The notes under the pieces: model-generated | What the model was told of the DNA's origin: nothing | The model's input: the letters and a program-made list of their open reading frames with translations, nothing else | The model's database searches: none | Origin: Chloroflexota bacterium | GTDB lineage: Bacteria > Chloroflexota > UBA6077 > CF-72 | NCBI GenBank assembly: GCA_051006215.1 | Contig: JBPCIO010000141.1 | Coordinates: forward strand, 50,455 to 114,454 | Direction of reading: 5' to 3' | Length of the DNA: 64,000 nucleotides | Shown here: positions 1-8,774 of the stretch, piece by piece | Layout: each line of letters begins with the position of its first letter | Numbering within the stretch: position 1 is the stretch's first letter | Position numbers and translations under genes: made by a program

Positions 1-1367
1 GTCCTGAGCTCAGGATCCCGCAACGTCTTCGCCAGCCAGATGGATCGGGCTATCGCAATCAGGGCCAGCACAAAGAATGCGATAAACCCGAATGCGCCAG
101 TCTTCATCCACACCCACAGGATGTCGTGATGGGATTCGTAGTTCCAGAATTCAAAGAAGGAAATGTCAGGCACGGTCACGACCTGCAGAAACGGCCGGCC
201 GAAGCCAATCCCGAGCAGTGGGTCGGAGGCGATGGTGGCCCGCACGTTGATTGCCTCTAGGTCTCGCCAGGCGTTCGAGGCTGCATCCCGAGGGTCGGGA
301 GTGCTGATCGAGCGTACTGCGCGGGCACCCTGACCCAGGCTACTGGTGTTAGTCCAGAACAATGGTAAATACACGCCACCCATCAGCAGCGCGGGTAACG
401 CAATAAACAGGAACGCCCTCCGATTGATGGTGATCAGCGAGAGCGTCAACACAGCGAAGGCGATCGCCACGGCGATGATGCCCGCTCGCCGCTCGCTGAC
501 AAGCATGGCGAGCGTCGCGGCCAGCGCCAGGAACGGCCCGACTACGCGCCGCCACTGCGGACCGCTTTTGAACACCTGTTGGGCAACCACCAGCATGACC
601 AGCAAGCCCCAGAACACCACCACCTCGTGCGAGAACCACTGCTCCTGAGCCGTTCCGAGCAGGCCGTTATTGATGAGCGCGAACTTCCGCCAGAGCCCCT
701 CGATGGCCGACAGGCTCACCAGGATGAAGACCAGGCTGGTGAGAGTGCGCACATGCGCTCGCGTGCGAATGGTGTTGGCTGCCAGGATGTATGCCAGGAT
801 CATGCTGAACAGGAAGCGGGACTCCCAGAACGAGTAATTCGGATTTCCGCCGCCGATGAGGCCTCGGACCAGGCCGAACACCAGCGCCCCACCGAACAAG
901 AGCACGGGAGTCCCGAACGCCCCCAGCCGCAAGTCAAACTGGCGGCGTAGGGTCGCGTGTGCCAACCACATCGCTGATGTCAGCAGCACCAGTAACTCCA
1001 TCGGGATGACGATGGCGCCGCTGATATTGAATGTTGTTTGGAGCGAGAAATTGATGTACCGACCTGGCAACATGAGCGGGTCCTGCGAGGTCCCGTCGAA
1101 GAACAGGATGATGCCAAACATCAAGTACAACCCCCAGCGGGGTTGTATGCAGACCGCGATCAGAGCAGCGACCACCAGGAGGCCTGCCACCGCAAATACG
1201 TCCATGCTCAGGACGAGCCGGGCCACAGCCAGGGAAAGTCCTATGACGAGCGCGGTGAGGACGACGAGCCGGCGTCGCTGGGTCGCGTCTAGCCAGCTGG
1301 TCGAGAAATGTCGCCCGTCGAAAGCGGCCGTCGTCAGGACCTTTGAGTCACTCACGTCATGTACCAC
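1..1367 (-). CDS. Wzy-like polysaccharide polymerase / O-antigen ligase-family multi-pass membrane protein (C-terminus runs off the window start)
   Basis: The reverse-strand frame is open from the window edge up to the in-frame stop at 1515-1517. The translation is highly hydrophobic with about 10 predicted TM segments and a Wzy_C/O-antigen-ligase-like loop (NYESHHDILWVWMKTGAFGF). It is absent from the ORF track because it reaches the window edge. The start is set at GTG 1367; it is uncertain and an upstream frameshift is possible. Confidence 0.55.
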   Translation of the reverse strand, partial: MVHDVSDSKVLTTAAFDGRHFSTSWLDATQRRRLVVLTALVIGLSLAVARLVLSMDVFAVAGLLVVAALIAVCIQPRWGLYLMFGIILFFDGTSQDPLMLPGRYINFSLQTTFNISGAIVIPMELLVLLTSAMWLAHATLRRQFDLRLGAFGTPVLLFGGALVFGLVRGLIGGGNPNYSFWESRFLFSMILAYILAANTIRTRAHVRTLTSLVFILVSLSAIEGLWRKFALINNGLLGTAQEQWFSHEVVVFWGLLVMLVVAQQVFKSGPQWRRVVGPFLALAATLAMLVSERRAGIIAVAIAFAVLTLSLITINRRAFLFIALPALLMGGVYLPLFWTNTSSLGQGARAVRSISTPDPRDAASNAWRDLEAINVRATIASDPLLGIGFGRPFLQVVTVPDISFFEFWNYESHHDILWVWMKTGAFGFIAFFVLALIAIARSIWLAKTLRDPELR

Positions 1368-1514
1368 GGGCGGAGGAAGTAGATCGCGGTGAGTGCCACG
1401 GCGATGGCGACGCAGAGCATGGCCTCTCGGCGTTTGAAATCCCTGGCGAACATCCCGACACCGGCTGCTGCGAACATCGCCAGCAGCATCATGCTCATGT
1501 CGGACTACCAGCCC

Positions 1515-2288
1515 TCACAAGCCAGCCAGACGAGACACCCAACCTGGGACAGACGACGCGCTGCCGTTCATCACTACTCCACGCAACTTGCCCGGCTCGA
1601 TCTGCTCGACCGCGCGTTGGTGCAACGCGATCGGCGTGATACCCGCGCGAACGACGCAGATCACGCCGTCGGCCAGGTCCGTCAGCAGGATAGAGTCGCT
1701 GTTGACGAGGATGGCTGGCAAGTCGAGGATGATTATGTCATAGCTCTGCCGCATCGCATCCACGACGGCAGCCATGCGACTGGAGCGCAGCGGTCGGCCA
1801 GGTTCATCCGCAGCCACACCGGCTGGCACGACGTGGAAATTCTCCAGGAATGTCGGCCGACAGGCACTGAGCAGCGGCTCCTCATGCACGAGGCAGTCGA
1901 TCAGGCCAGGGCTAGGGTGCGTACCGAAGTCCTCGGCCAGCACGGGGTGCTGCAGGTCGGTCTCGACCAGCAGCACGCGCCGCTCTGGGAAATCCTGAGC
2001 AATGGTTACCGCGAGCCCAACGCTGACGGTGGTCTTGCCCTCGCCCGCCAGGGCGCTGCAGACGGCCAGTACTTCTGACGAAAAACCAGCTCCAGCCCGA
2101 GTGTAGATACTCCGAAAGAGCTCGTCGGCATCGGGAAACACCCATTCCCGAGAGCCATCACTGCCATTCGCCAGTGCGCTGCTCCGCCTGGAGCGTAGCC
2201 AGGTGTCGGGTCGCGACTCGTCGTCCATGGGCGCCTCGAGCAAACCTGTAGCCGCTTCGCTATTGTCGGAATGGGCAATCGTCGTCAT
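1515..2288 (-). CDS. Tyrosine-protein kinase (BY-kinase) ATPase component, CpsD/CapB/EpsB-like
   Basis: Walker A GEGKTT and Walker B IIILDLPA are present, in a MinD/ParA-type P-loop fold typical of capsule/EPS BY-kinases. The ATG at 2288 overlaps the upstream stop (ATGA). Confidence 0.8.
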   Translation of the reverse strand: MTTIAHSDNSEAATGLLEAPMDDESRPDTWLRSRRSSALANGSDGSREWVFPDADELFRSIYTRAGAGFSSEVLAVCSALAGEGKTTVSVGLAVTIAQDFPERRVLLVETDLQHPVLAEDFGTHPSPGLIDCLVHEEPLLSACRPTFLENFHVVPAGVAADEPGRPLRSSRMAAVVDAMRQSYDIIILDLPAILVNSDSILLTDLADGVICVVRAGITPIALHQRAVEQIEPGKLRGVVMNGSASSVPGWVSRLAGL

Positions 2289-3373
2289 GACTTTGTCCCG
2301 ACGGCCGGCAATGCCATGCCAGCGGTTGCTCCGATAGCTCGGCGCGTGGCCCCGTATCGCAGCTTCTTCGGGACATTCTTGAGATTCAGGAGCGGAACTG
2401 ATCCAAGTAGTCGGAGTCCGGGTGCCAGATCCGTCTCGGAGCGGACCGACCGATCGCTTGCTACCAGGAGCACCATGAGCATCCCACTCAGCATGAGTCC
2501 GGCGATGGCAGCTGCGATCGGAAAAATGACGACCTTCTTGACTTGATTGGTGGGCGCTGTCGGAAGCTCGGGTGGGTCCAGCACCTGAAACCCGTACTGC
2601 AGGCCCTGCACTGACGCCACGGCATCCTGCTGTGCTCGGGTCAGCGCGGCTTCGGCGCTGTTGAAATCCAACTGCGCCGCCTGGACGTTGGACTGAAGGG
2701 CGCTCAGCTTTGGGTCGAGCATCGCGGCCGAGACCGCACCCGCGGCGCGGTCGGGCGAGAGGTCCGCACCATCGGCCTCGCGCGCTGATGTATACCGACG
2801 TAGGTCGCCACTGGCTTTGGTGAGGGCCTGCTGTGCGTCCTGCACCCGCGATTGATAGAAGTCAACTGCCACTCCGGCCTGGTCCGACTGGTCCGCTGCC
2901 GTTTTTTCCTGATAGGCATCCACAATCGACTTGCACAGCTCATACGAAAGCTGCGCAGTTGGTGCTGCAACCTTGATCACAAGGAGGTGCTCGCTCGTGT
3001 TCGGGCCAGTTCCTCCAGGTGCACTGCCGATGGTTACACCCTGCGCGATCAGCGCAGACAGGCGGGCTTGGCCTGCCACGGAGTTGTTCGCCGCAGCCAG
3101 TGAGGTGCGCGAGGCGACATCGGCGACGAAGGCGCGTGTGCGCAACAGTTCGCTCAACCGGCCCGTCTGGGTTTGCACCTCAGTCACCCACGGCGTAGCG
3201 GTGTCTTTGGTAGTCAGGTAGGCAGGCCGGTCAATCCAGACACTCACCGACGTCTCGTAGACGGGTGGGTTGGCCATCACGGCGAGCGGGCTGACAATGG
3301 CTGGAATGAGGACCGCCGGCAGTAACAGCAGCAATTTATGTTTGAAAAATGTCTCGAGTAGTTTCCTAATCAC
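2285..3373 (-). CDS. Polysaccharide co-polymerase / chain-length determinant (Wzz/CpsC-like) partner of the BY-kinase
   Basis: Short N-terminal segment, then a TM helix (LLLLLPAVLIPAIVSPL), a long coiled-coil periplasmic region and a C-terminal TM helix. The gene is immediately upstream of the kinase with an ATGA overlap. The start is chosen as GTG 3373, overlapping the upstream TGA (GTGA); the ORF track's ATG 3490 would overlap the upstream GT gene by 120 nt. Confidence 0.7.
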   Translation of the reverse strand: MIRKLLETFFKHKLLLLLPAVLIPAIVSPLAVMANPPVYETSVSVWIDRPAYLTTKDTATPWVTEVQTQTGRLSELLRTRAFVADVASRTSLAAANNSVAGQARLSALIAQGVTIGSAPGGTGPNTSEHLLVIKVAAPTAQLSYELCKSIVDAYQEKTAADQSDQAGVAVDFYQSRVQDAQQALTKASGDLRRYTSAREADGADLSPDRAAGAVSAAMLDPKLSALQSNVQAAQLDFNSAEAALTRAQQDAVASVQGLQYGFQVLDPPELPTAPTNQVKKVVIFPIAAAIAGLMLSGMLMVLLVASDRSVRSETDLAPGLRLLGSVPLLNLKNVPKKLRYGATRRAIGATAGMALPAVGTKS

Positions 3374-4503
3374 GCGGCCCTCCTGGAAGCTGGTCGAGCT
3401 ACCACTAGCTCTCCGATGAGGTCCAGTAGAAGTCGGTTGTTGCGCTGAGCATCGAATTTCTGTCGCGCCAAGGCGAACCCGGCTCGGCACATACGCTGTC
3501 GTCGGGCCGGGTCGTCGATCAAAGCAGTGAGCGCCGCAGATAACGCGGCATCATCGCCTGCAGGAATGATCAGGCCAGACTGCCCCGGCCGCACGCCTTC
3601 GGTCTGGGCGCCCACGTCGGTCGTAATCACGGGCAACGCCGCAGCTGCAGCTTCCATAAGTACCAGACCTAAACAATCGGCATTGGTTGGCAAGACGAAT
3701 AGGTCCGCTTCCACGAACAACCGTTGGAGTGCGGGGCTATTCGCCTGTAGACCCCGATGTGTGACGACATTCGGCTGCGCTGGCACCTCGAAGTTTGTCG
3801 CAATGTGGAGTTCACAGCGGCGGCCAATCGGGCCCCGCATAGCTTCCAGCAAGGCTGGGCCACCTTTGCGATGGAAGTCATTACCGACGAAGAGGATGCG
3901 TACCGGACCTTCGCGCCGCTCGCCCTCGGGTGCCGACAAGCGGGCATGCCCAACATCGAAAAAGGAGGCTGAGGCACCGGGCGCCAGTACCCGGACTCGA
4001 TGGGCATCGACTCCGTAGTCGTCGATAAGCGAGCGACGTGCCCACTCAGACCAGGTCACCAGGCCCGCGGCGGCATGAAAGGCGCGCCAATTCATCTTGT
4101 ATTTCTGACGATCGATGACACCCGTACCTGCTGGACGGTGATTGTAGTGTTTGCCCAACGTGTCATAGTTGATGGGTGTAGCGTCGAGCGAAATCAGGGT
4201 TGGCACACGACGCATCATGTTGATCGAAAACAGCGACGCGACCTGTGTGTGGAAGACGACGGCGTCGAGCGGGGTTCGCGCCATGGTCGCGTCCAGGGCC
4301 CGCCGAGCGCGCCAACTCGCCCGAACCGACCACGTGTTGCGTAACAGGGGCACGAAGCGCTCCGGGCCGCTCACGTCGAACGGGATCGGCAGCCAAACTG
4401 GATCAATATCGCCCTGCCGATCCGTGAGTTGGCGCAAGTTGTGATAGTGGGTCACGTGGCCGAGAGCCTGTTCCATCACAAACGCGATTCGAGTGGCCGG
4501 CAC
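3370..4503 (-). CDS. Glycosyltransferase family 4 (GT-B, Glycos_transf_1)
   Basis: 377 aa with a C-terminal GT4 motif region (FVLPTNADCLGLVLMEAAAAALPVITTDVGAQTE, E-X7-E like). GTG start at 4503. Confidence 0.8.
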   Translation of the reverse strand: MPATRIAFVMEQALGHVTHYHNLRQLTDRQGDIDPVWLPIPFDVSGPERFVPLLRNTWSVRASWRARRALDATMARTPLDAVVFHTQVASLFSINMMRRVPTLISLDATPINYDTLGKHYNHRPAGTGVIDRQKYKMNWRAFHAAAGLVTWSEWARRSLIDDYGVDAHRVRVLAPGASASFFDVGHARLSAPEGERREGPVRILFVGNDFHRKGGPALLEAMRGPIGRRCELHIATNFEVPAQPNVVTHRGLQANSPALQRLFVEADLFVLPTNADCLGLVLMEAAAAALPVITTDVGAQTEGVRPGQSGLIIPAGDDAALSAALTALIDDPARRQRMCRAGFALARQKFDAQRNNRLLLDLIGELVVARPASRRAA

Positions 4504-4650
4504 TACGCAGCCTCCCTACCGGCTGGTACCCAAGCCAGGTGCAAACAGCGGGAGCTGCACAGCGTTCCCTTGCACGCGCACACCCGCAACTCTTCCCTCA
4601 TCGCGTCCGACATTCTGGTGGCGACCGGCATCCGAGACCGTGTTTCCAGG

Positions 4651-4667
4651 GTTGCGATTCGGTTGAC
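4651..4667 (-). promoter_or_regulatory. Degenerate copy of the 11-bp-spaced direct repeat upstream of the GT4/Wzz/BY-kinase/Wzy operon
   Basis: Plus-strand GTTGCGattcgGTTGAC, which reads on the minus strand as GTCAACcgaatCGCAAC. It lies about 150 nt upstream of GTG 4503. Confidence 0.25.
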
Positions 4668-4696
4668 TGACGCGTCACCCACCTCGCGGCGCGTCA

Positions 4697-5227
4697 TTAT
4701 GGCCGCACCAACTGGACGATCATCCCGTCGAAAATCGACTTCCGGTCAGCAGGTGCGTCGAGCGCCAGCGAGACCAGAATGAGCAAGAGCACCGCCACCG
4801 CGGCTACCATAAGGAGTCCCAGAACGGCTGGCCCGTTCAACGCCGCCAACCGACCCTCCACTGGCCGCTGCTGGAGGGGCAGCCCACGGGCAGCGCCGAA
4901 TACGGGCGCCCGTGGAATGGCGCCGACGCGGCTGGACTGACGCATGCGTTCATGCCGGTGCGCGCGCAAACACTCCAGGTCGTAGCGTGCACGGCCGCTG
5001 GGATCACTCAACACTTCGTAGGCGGCGTTGAGCTGTCGGATGCGGCGTGCTGCCCCCGGCGCGGCATTCACATCAGGATGGTAAGAGCGAGCCAGCACAC
5101 GGTACGCCGCCTGGATTACCTCCTGGCTGGCCCGCGGACTGATTTCGAGAAGCTCATATAAATCGATCAGGTGGTGTGGTTCGGCGGTGCCAGCGGGCGG
5201 CTCCCGGCTTGGCACGTCGTGCGCCAT
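4697..5227 (-). CDS. J-domain (DnaJ-like) protein with a C-terminal transmembrane anchor
   Basis: N-terminal J domain (DLYELLEISPRASQEVIQAAYRVLARSYHPDVN ... AYEVLSDPSGRARYD) including the HPD tripeptide. A single C-terminal TM helix (VLGLLMVAAVAVLLLILVSLAL). The ATG overlaps the upstream stop (TGATG). Confidence 0.7.
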   Translation of the reverse strand: MAHDVPSREPPAGTAEPHHLIDLYELLEISPRASQEVIQAAYRVLARSYHPDVNAAPGAARRIRQLNAAYEVLSDPSGRARYDLECLRAHRHERMRQSSRVGAIPRAPVFGAARGLPLQQRPVEGRLAALNGPAVLGLLMVAAVAVLLLILVSLALDAPADRKSIFDGMIVQLVRP

Positions 5228-7134
5228 CAGGCTGGCCCGGCCATGACCATTTGACCCTCACTCAAGCCACTTACGATCTCCACGCCGGCGCCAGTCGTGA
5301 TGCCGACCTGTACGCTCACCAGTCGGCGGATCGTGCCGTCTTGAACTTCAACCGTATTGCGCCCGCCGCTCTGGTGAACTGCACTTTTCGGAACCACAAG
5401 GACGTCCTGTTTTGAGCCGAGGTTGACAGCCACCTGGACTGGCGTGCCCAGCTTGGGCACCTGGCTATCGGCCCAGGCTACGTTCAGGACCGCCGAGGCG
5501 TCCACGCTCCCATCTTGGGCTGCGGGCGTGACGCTGGCGAGCTGGGCTGGCACAGTTGTCGCCGATGCGCCCGTACCGATTTGAATACTTGCCGTCTGCC
5601 CCACGTTAATGCGCCCGGCTTGAGTGTCATCAAGGTCGACGCGCACGATCGGCGGCCCTGGCCTCGCCAGAATGACCACAGGTTTGGATGGGACCGGCAT
5701 TTCGCCTGGCCTGGCCCTAACCGAAACGACTGTCCCATCAAACGGCGCTCGCAGGTGCGTGTTTTCCAGCGACGCCTCTGCTGCCGCTACGTCTGCCTGG
5801 TCCTGGCTGATGACCTGCTGCAAAGGACCAAGGTCGAGTCCCGCGGCAGCCATCGCTGGTGTGACTTCACGCGCATTGTCCAGCACTACCTGGGCCGCAC
5901 GAACCTGATCCTGGGCCTGATTCAGCTCGGCCTTGGTCGGATGACTGTAGACCTCATCGCGTGCCCCCGTAAGCTGGGCGAGGCCGCGCTTCGCCGCCTG
6001 CATCTGGCGTTGTGCGGCGTCGATGGCGGCCTGATCTGGACCCGCTTGGAGCGCATCCAGCCTGTCCTGGGCGTTCTGCACGGTCGTTTGAGCGTCGATG
6101 ACTTTGAGCTGGGCAGCCTGCACGTCGACCTCCGCTGGGGGCTGCTTGAGCTTGGCGAGCTGAGCCTGGGCATTGTCCAGGCCGGCCTGTGCCTCCTGAA
6201 TCGCATTGTCATTCTGCATCTTGGCCACTGTGGAATCCGGTGCTTTAGGGTCGATCTTGGCGGCTTGGGCCAGCTGCAGCACGGACTGCGCCCGCAGCAC
6301 CGCCGTCGTCGCGGTGCGCACGGCCAACGCATCCGGGCCTCGGGTCAGAGCATCGAGATCAGCCTGAGCTCTGCTCAGCGTAAGCTGCGCATTTGCGACA
6401 TCGCGCTGAGCTGCGCGGATTGTATTGTCGTCCGGTCCAGCCATGGCCAGGTCCACCGCGTTTTGCGCGGACGCCATGTTCGTCGCCAGGTACTCAGTGA
6501 CGGCCGCGTCGGCGGCCTGCTTCTCGGTCGCTGATTTGCCAGCTTGTACCTTGGCCAGGTTCTCCTGGGCTCGGGTAACTGCAAGCTGCGCGTCCAGCAC
6601 TGCCTGCTGTTGCTTCTTCTGTTCGGCGGCCACACGCTGGGCGATCTCGTCCTGAGACGTTTGCGCCTGGGTTTGGGCTAGCGCGAGACTTGCCGTATCT
6701 ACCTGGAGCTTCGCACGCGCCGCGGCGAGCTTTGCCGGAATCTCGCCTTGGCTGAACTCAACCAGGATGTCGTCCTGCTTCACCGGTTGGCCAGCCTTGA
6801 CCTTCACATCGTCGACGATAGCGCGCCAGGCATAGTTGATCGGCTCCTGCGCCGGAGCGGTGGCCGTGCCGTCGAGAGCAAGTGTCTCGGTCAGGCTATT
6901 GCGCGTGACCGGGACAAATCGCACCCCACCCGTCCGCACCTTGACCGGGGTGGCCGTCGCGTTGGCCGTGTCTTGCCCGGCGATGGAGGCTGGTTGGCCT
7001 AGGCCGGCAGCGGTGTCTGAGTCCGCACCGGACTGCACCAGGGGCAAACTGATTGGGCCACATGCGGCAGAAGCGCCGATCGCCAGCAAGCTCAGAGCAG
7101 CCAGAGAGGTCGCCCTCCACAATCGAATAGCCAT
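5227..7134 (-). CDS. HlyD-family periplasmic adaptor-like lipoprotein with a very long Ala/Gln-rich coiled coil
   Basis: Lipoprotein signal with lipobox (LLAIGASAAC). Strong GAGGGG Shine-Dalgarno 9 nt upstream of ATG 7134; the ORF-track start 7218 is an N-terminal over-extension. The C-terminal beta-barrel/lipoyl-like region is typical of HlyD/membrane-fusion proteins. The central region has repeated GPD...AQ...LDAL hairpin-like units. Confidence 0.65.
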   Translation of the reverse strand: MAIRLWRATSLAALSLLAIGASAACGPISLPLVQSGADSDTAAGLGQPASIAGQDTANATATPVKVRTGGVRFVPVTRNSLTETLALDGTATAPAQEPINYAWRAIVDDVKVKAGQPVKQDDILVEFSQGEIPAKLAAARAKLQVDTASLALAQTQAQTSQDEIAQRVAAEQKKQQQAVLDAQLAVTRAQENLAKVQAGKSATEKQAADAAVTEYLATNMASAQNAVDLAMAGPDDNTIRAAQRDVANAQLTLSRAQADLDALTRGPDALAVRTATTAVLRAQSVLQLAQAAKIDPKAPDSTVAKMQNDNAIQEAQAGLDNAQAQLAKLKQPPAEVDVQAAQLKVIDAQTTVQNAQDRLDALQAGPDQAAIDAAQRQMQAAKRGLAQLTGARDEVYSHPTKAELNQAQDQVRAAQVVLDNAREVTPAMAAAGLDLGPLQQVISQDQADVAAAEASLENTHLRAPFDGTVVSVRARPGEMPVPSKPVVILARPGPPIVRVDLDDTQAGRINVGQTASIQIGTGASATTVPAQLASVTPAAQDGSVDASAVLNVAWADSQVPKLGTPVQVAVNLGSKQDVLVVPKSAVHQSGGRNTVEVQDGTIRRLVSVQVGITTGAGVEIVSGLSEGQMVMAGPA

Positions 7135-7263
7135 ATCGCCTAGTCCCCTCTCTCGCCGCCCATTACGCGACCTCACAGCCCCGACGCCGAGCGCTGTACT
7201 TCTCATTGGCACCTGCACGTGATGCTACGCACGGGCCGTTGAATGCGGTGATGTCGTGGATTG

Positions 7264-7287
7264 GTTGAGCATTGAGAATTGGTTGAG
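7264..7287 (-). promoter_or_regulatory. Triple CTCAAC repeat upstream of the HlyD-like lipoprotein / J-domain operon
   Basis: Minus-strand reading: cctCTCAACcaattCTCAATgCTCAACcaatcc. It lies 130-150 nt upstream of ATG 7134. Confidence 0.4.
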
Positions 7288-7304
7288 AGGCCAACGCTTC
7301 GGTG

Positions 7305-7931
7305 TCAGGCGGCGTACCACGCCGCGATGCGCGGAAACAGCGTATGCGCCAGCGCGGCGACATCGTCGTTTAGGCGTGGATCGAGTGGGTCCGTTTGAGC
7401 GGTCAAGTACAGTTTGTAGTAGTCGTTCGGGCGACCCAGGATGGCATCGAATACGGCCAGGCTCCAGGGCAGCGGCCCGTTACCGAGGAGTCCGCGGCGC
7501 TCCCCGTAGGCGTACATGACGAGCCAGTGCTGCTGGCCCTGCTCGGCTATCAGGCCGCTCACCCCGTCGCCAACGCCTAACTGCGGATCACCAGACGCCG
7601 GCTCCACGGTGTACCCGCCCCCCAGGAACGGCACCTCGGCCCCCGAGCCGTACAGCTTCGGCGCCTGGTTTGAAAGAACCGTCAACGTGGCCGTGCCGCG
7701 ATCAGAGCTACGGTACACACGCGAAACTTGACGCGTGGCCAAACCCGCGTGGTTGGTGTTTTCTTCGACGACTTCGCCGCCCACCGCCCACGGCTGGACC
7801 TGGTACAGGTCGTCGGCCACTGGCCAGCGCGCGGCTCCAGCGCCAGGAGGCTCGCCGGCAGCCGCGTAGAGTCCGGCGCTGATCAGTAGCCCTGCAATCA
7901 GAATGAAGTAGCGATGGTGGGGAGTTTGCAT
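7305..7931 (-). CDS. Exosortase-associated EpsI-like protein (putative)
   Basis: About 200 aa with an N-terminal TM/signal segment (YFILIAGLLISAGLYAAA). It lies immediately downstream of the exosortase gene and overlaps it by about 33 nt, the usual position of EpsI in exosortase loci. The assignment is by context and size, not by a diagnostic motif. Confidence 0.45.
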   Translation of the reverse strand: MQTPHHRYFILIAGLLISAGLYAAAGEPPGAGAARWPVADDLYQVQPWAVGGEVVEENTNHAGLATRQVSRVYRSSDRGTATLTVLSNQAPKLYGSGAEVPFLGGGYTVEPASGDPQLGVGDGVSGLIAEQGQQHWLVMYAYGERRGLLGNGPLPWSLAVFDAILGRPNDYYKLYLTAQTDPLDPRLNDDVAALAHTLFPRIAAWYAA

Positions 7932-8770
7932 CCAACGGTCCGGCTCAACACGAGCAGGCCCACCACAGCCAATCCAAACAGGACCAGGCTGGATGCGCCA
8001 TGAAAGAACCCGAGTGCAGCATCCTGGCCAAAGTCGGCGGCAACCACAAGGACCAGGGTCACACGCAGGGTATTGGCGAGGATCACCAGGGGCACCACGC
8101 CCAGGAACACGGCCAGCTTGCCTGGCAACGGTCCTCGAGTGGCATAGATCCAGAGTGCAGCCACGGACAGCAGAGAAAGCAGCGAGCTCATGCCTGAACA
8201 GGCCTGAGCCACCACGAACGCGTACTGGGGCGTGTCAGCTGCCGAATGCAGTAACAAGCCATCCCGAACCACGTCCAAGCCGATGGCATGTCCGGACAGC
8301 GCGGCGCCTTTGGCTGTCACGTCCTGCAGAGCGAATCCGACCGAATTGAGCAAGCCGCGGTACAGGCCTAGGCCAAACACCAGGAATGAGGCCGGAAATG
8401 CCACGATGCGTGCTGCGCGCCAGCCCCACAGGTAGACGACTACGCCGACCAGCAGCGGGCTGACTGCGAGTCCGGCCAGCGTGTTGATCCCGGTACGGCG
8501 GCTGACCAGTGTCACAAGGATCGCCCCGGCCACCATCAGCAGCCCTATGCCACTGCCCGCGCCGATACTGCGTCGTAGGGCGCCGCGGCGCCACCCCACA
8601 ATGGCTAGCGCAATTGGAGGTATGACAAACCCATATGTGAACTCCTCGTCTGTCGACCACACCTCGACCGCATGAGCGAAGGCCGGGTAGACCACGACGA
8701 CGAGCGCCAGGATCAGCCCCAGCCGGACGACTACTGCCCACCCACGGCCGCGGGCCAGGACGGTTGGCAT
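7898..8770 (-). CDS. Exosortase (EpsH/Xrt family) transpeptidase
   Basis: 290 aa, 8 predicted TM helices. Conserved N-terminal motif region (VWSTDEEFTYGFVIPP, variant of W..D..YSHG.L.P). Catalytic Cys in AQACSGMSSLL. Conserved Asn/Arg in ILANTLRVTL. ATG at 8770. Confidence 0.75.
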   Translation of the reverse strand: MPTVLARGRGWAVVVRLGLILALVVVVYPAFAHAVEVWSTDEEFTYGFVIPPIALAIVGWRRGALRRSIGAGSGIGLLMVAGAILVTLVSRRTGINTLAGLAVSPLLVGVVVYLWGWRAARIVAFPASFLVFGLGLYRGLLNSVGFALQDVTAKGAALSGHAIGLDVVRDGLLLHSAADTPQYAFVVAQACSGMSSLLSLLSVAALWIYATRGPLPGKLAVFLGVVPLVILANTLRVTLVLVVAADFGQDAALGFFHGASSLVLFGLAVVGLLVLSRTVGCKLPTIATSF

Positions 8771-8774
8771 AGGC

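Noticed and set aside
5515-6534. 339-aa plus-strand ORF antisense to the HlyD-like gene
   Set aside because: It is an antisense artefact of a GC-rich, Ala/Gln-codon-rich coiled-coil region. The translation is Arg/Leu/Gly-rich with no domain features.
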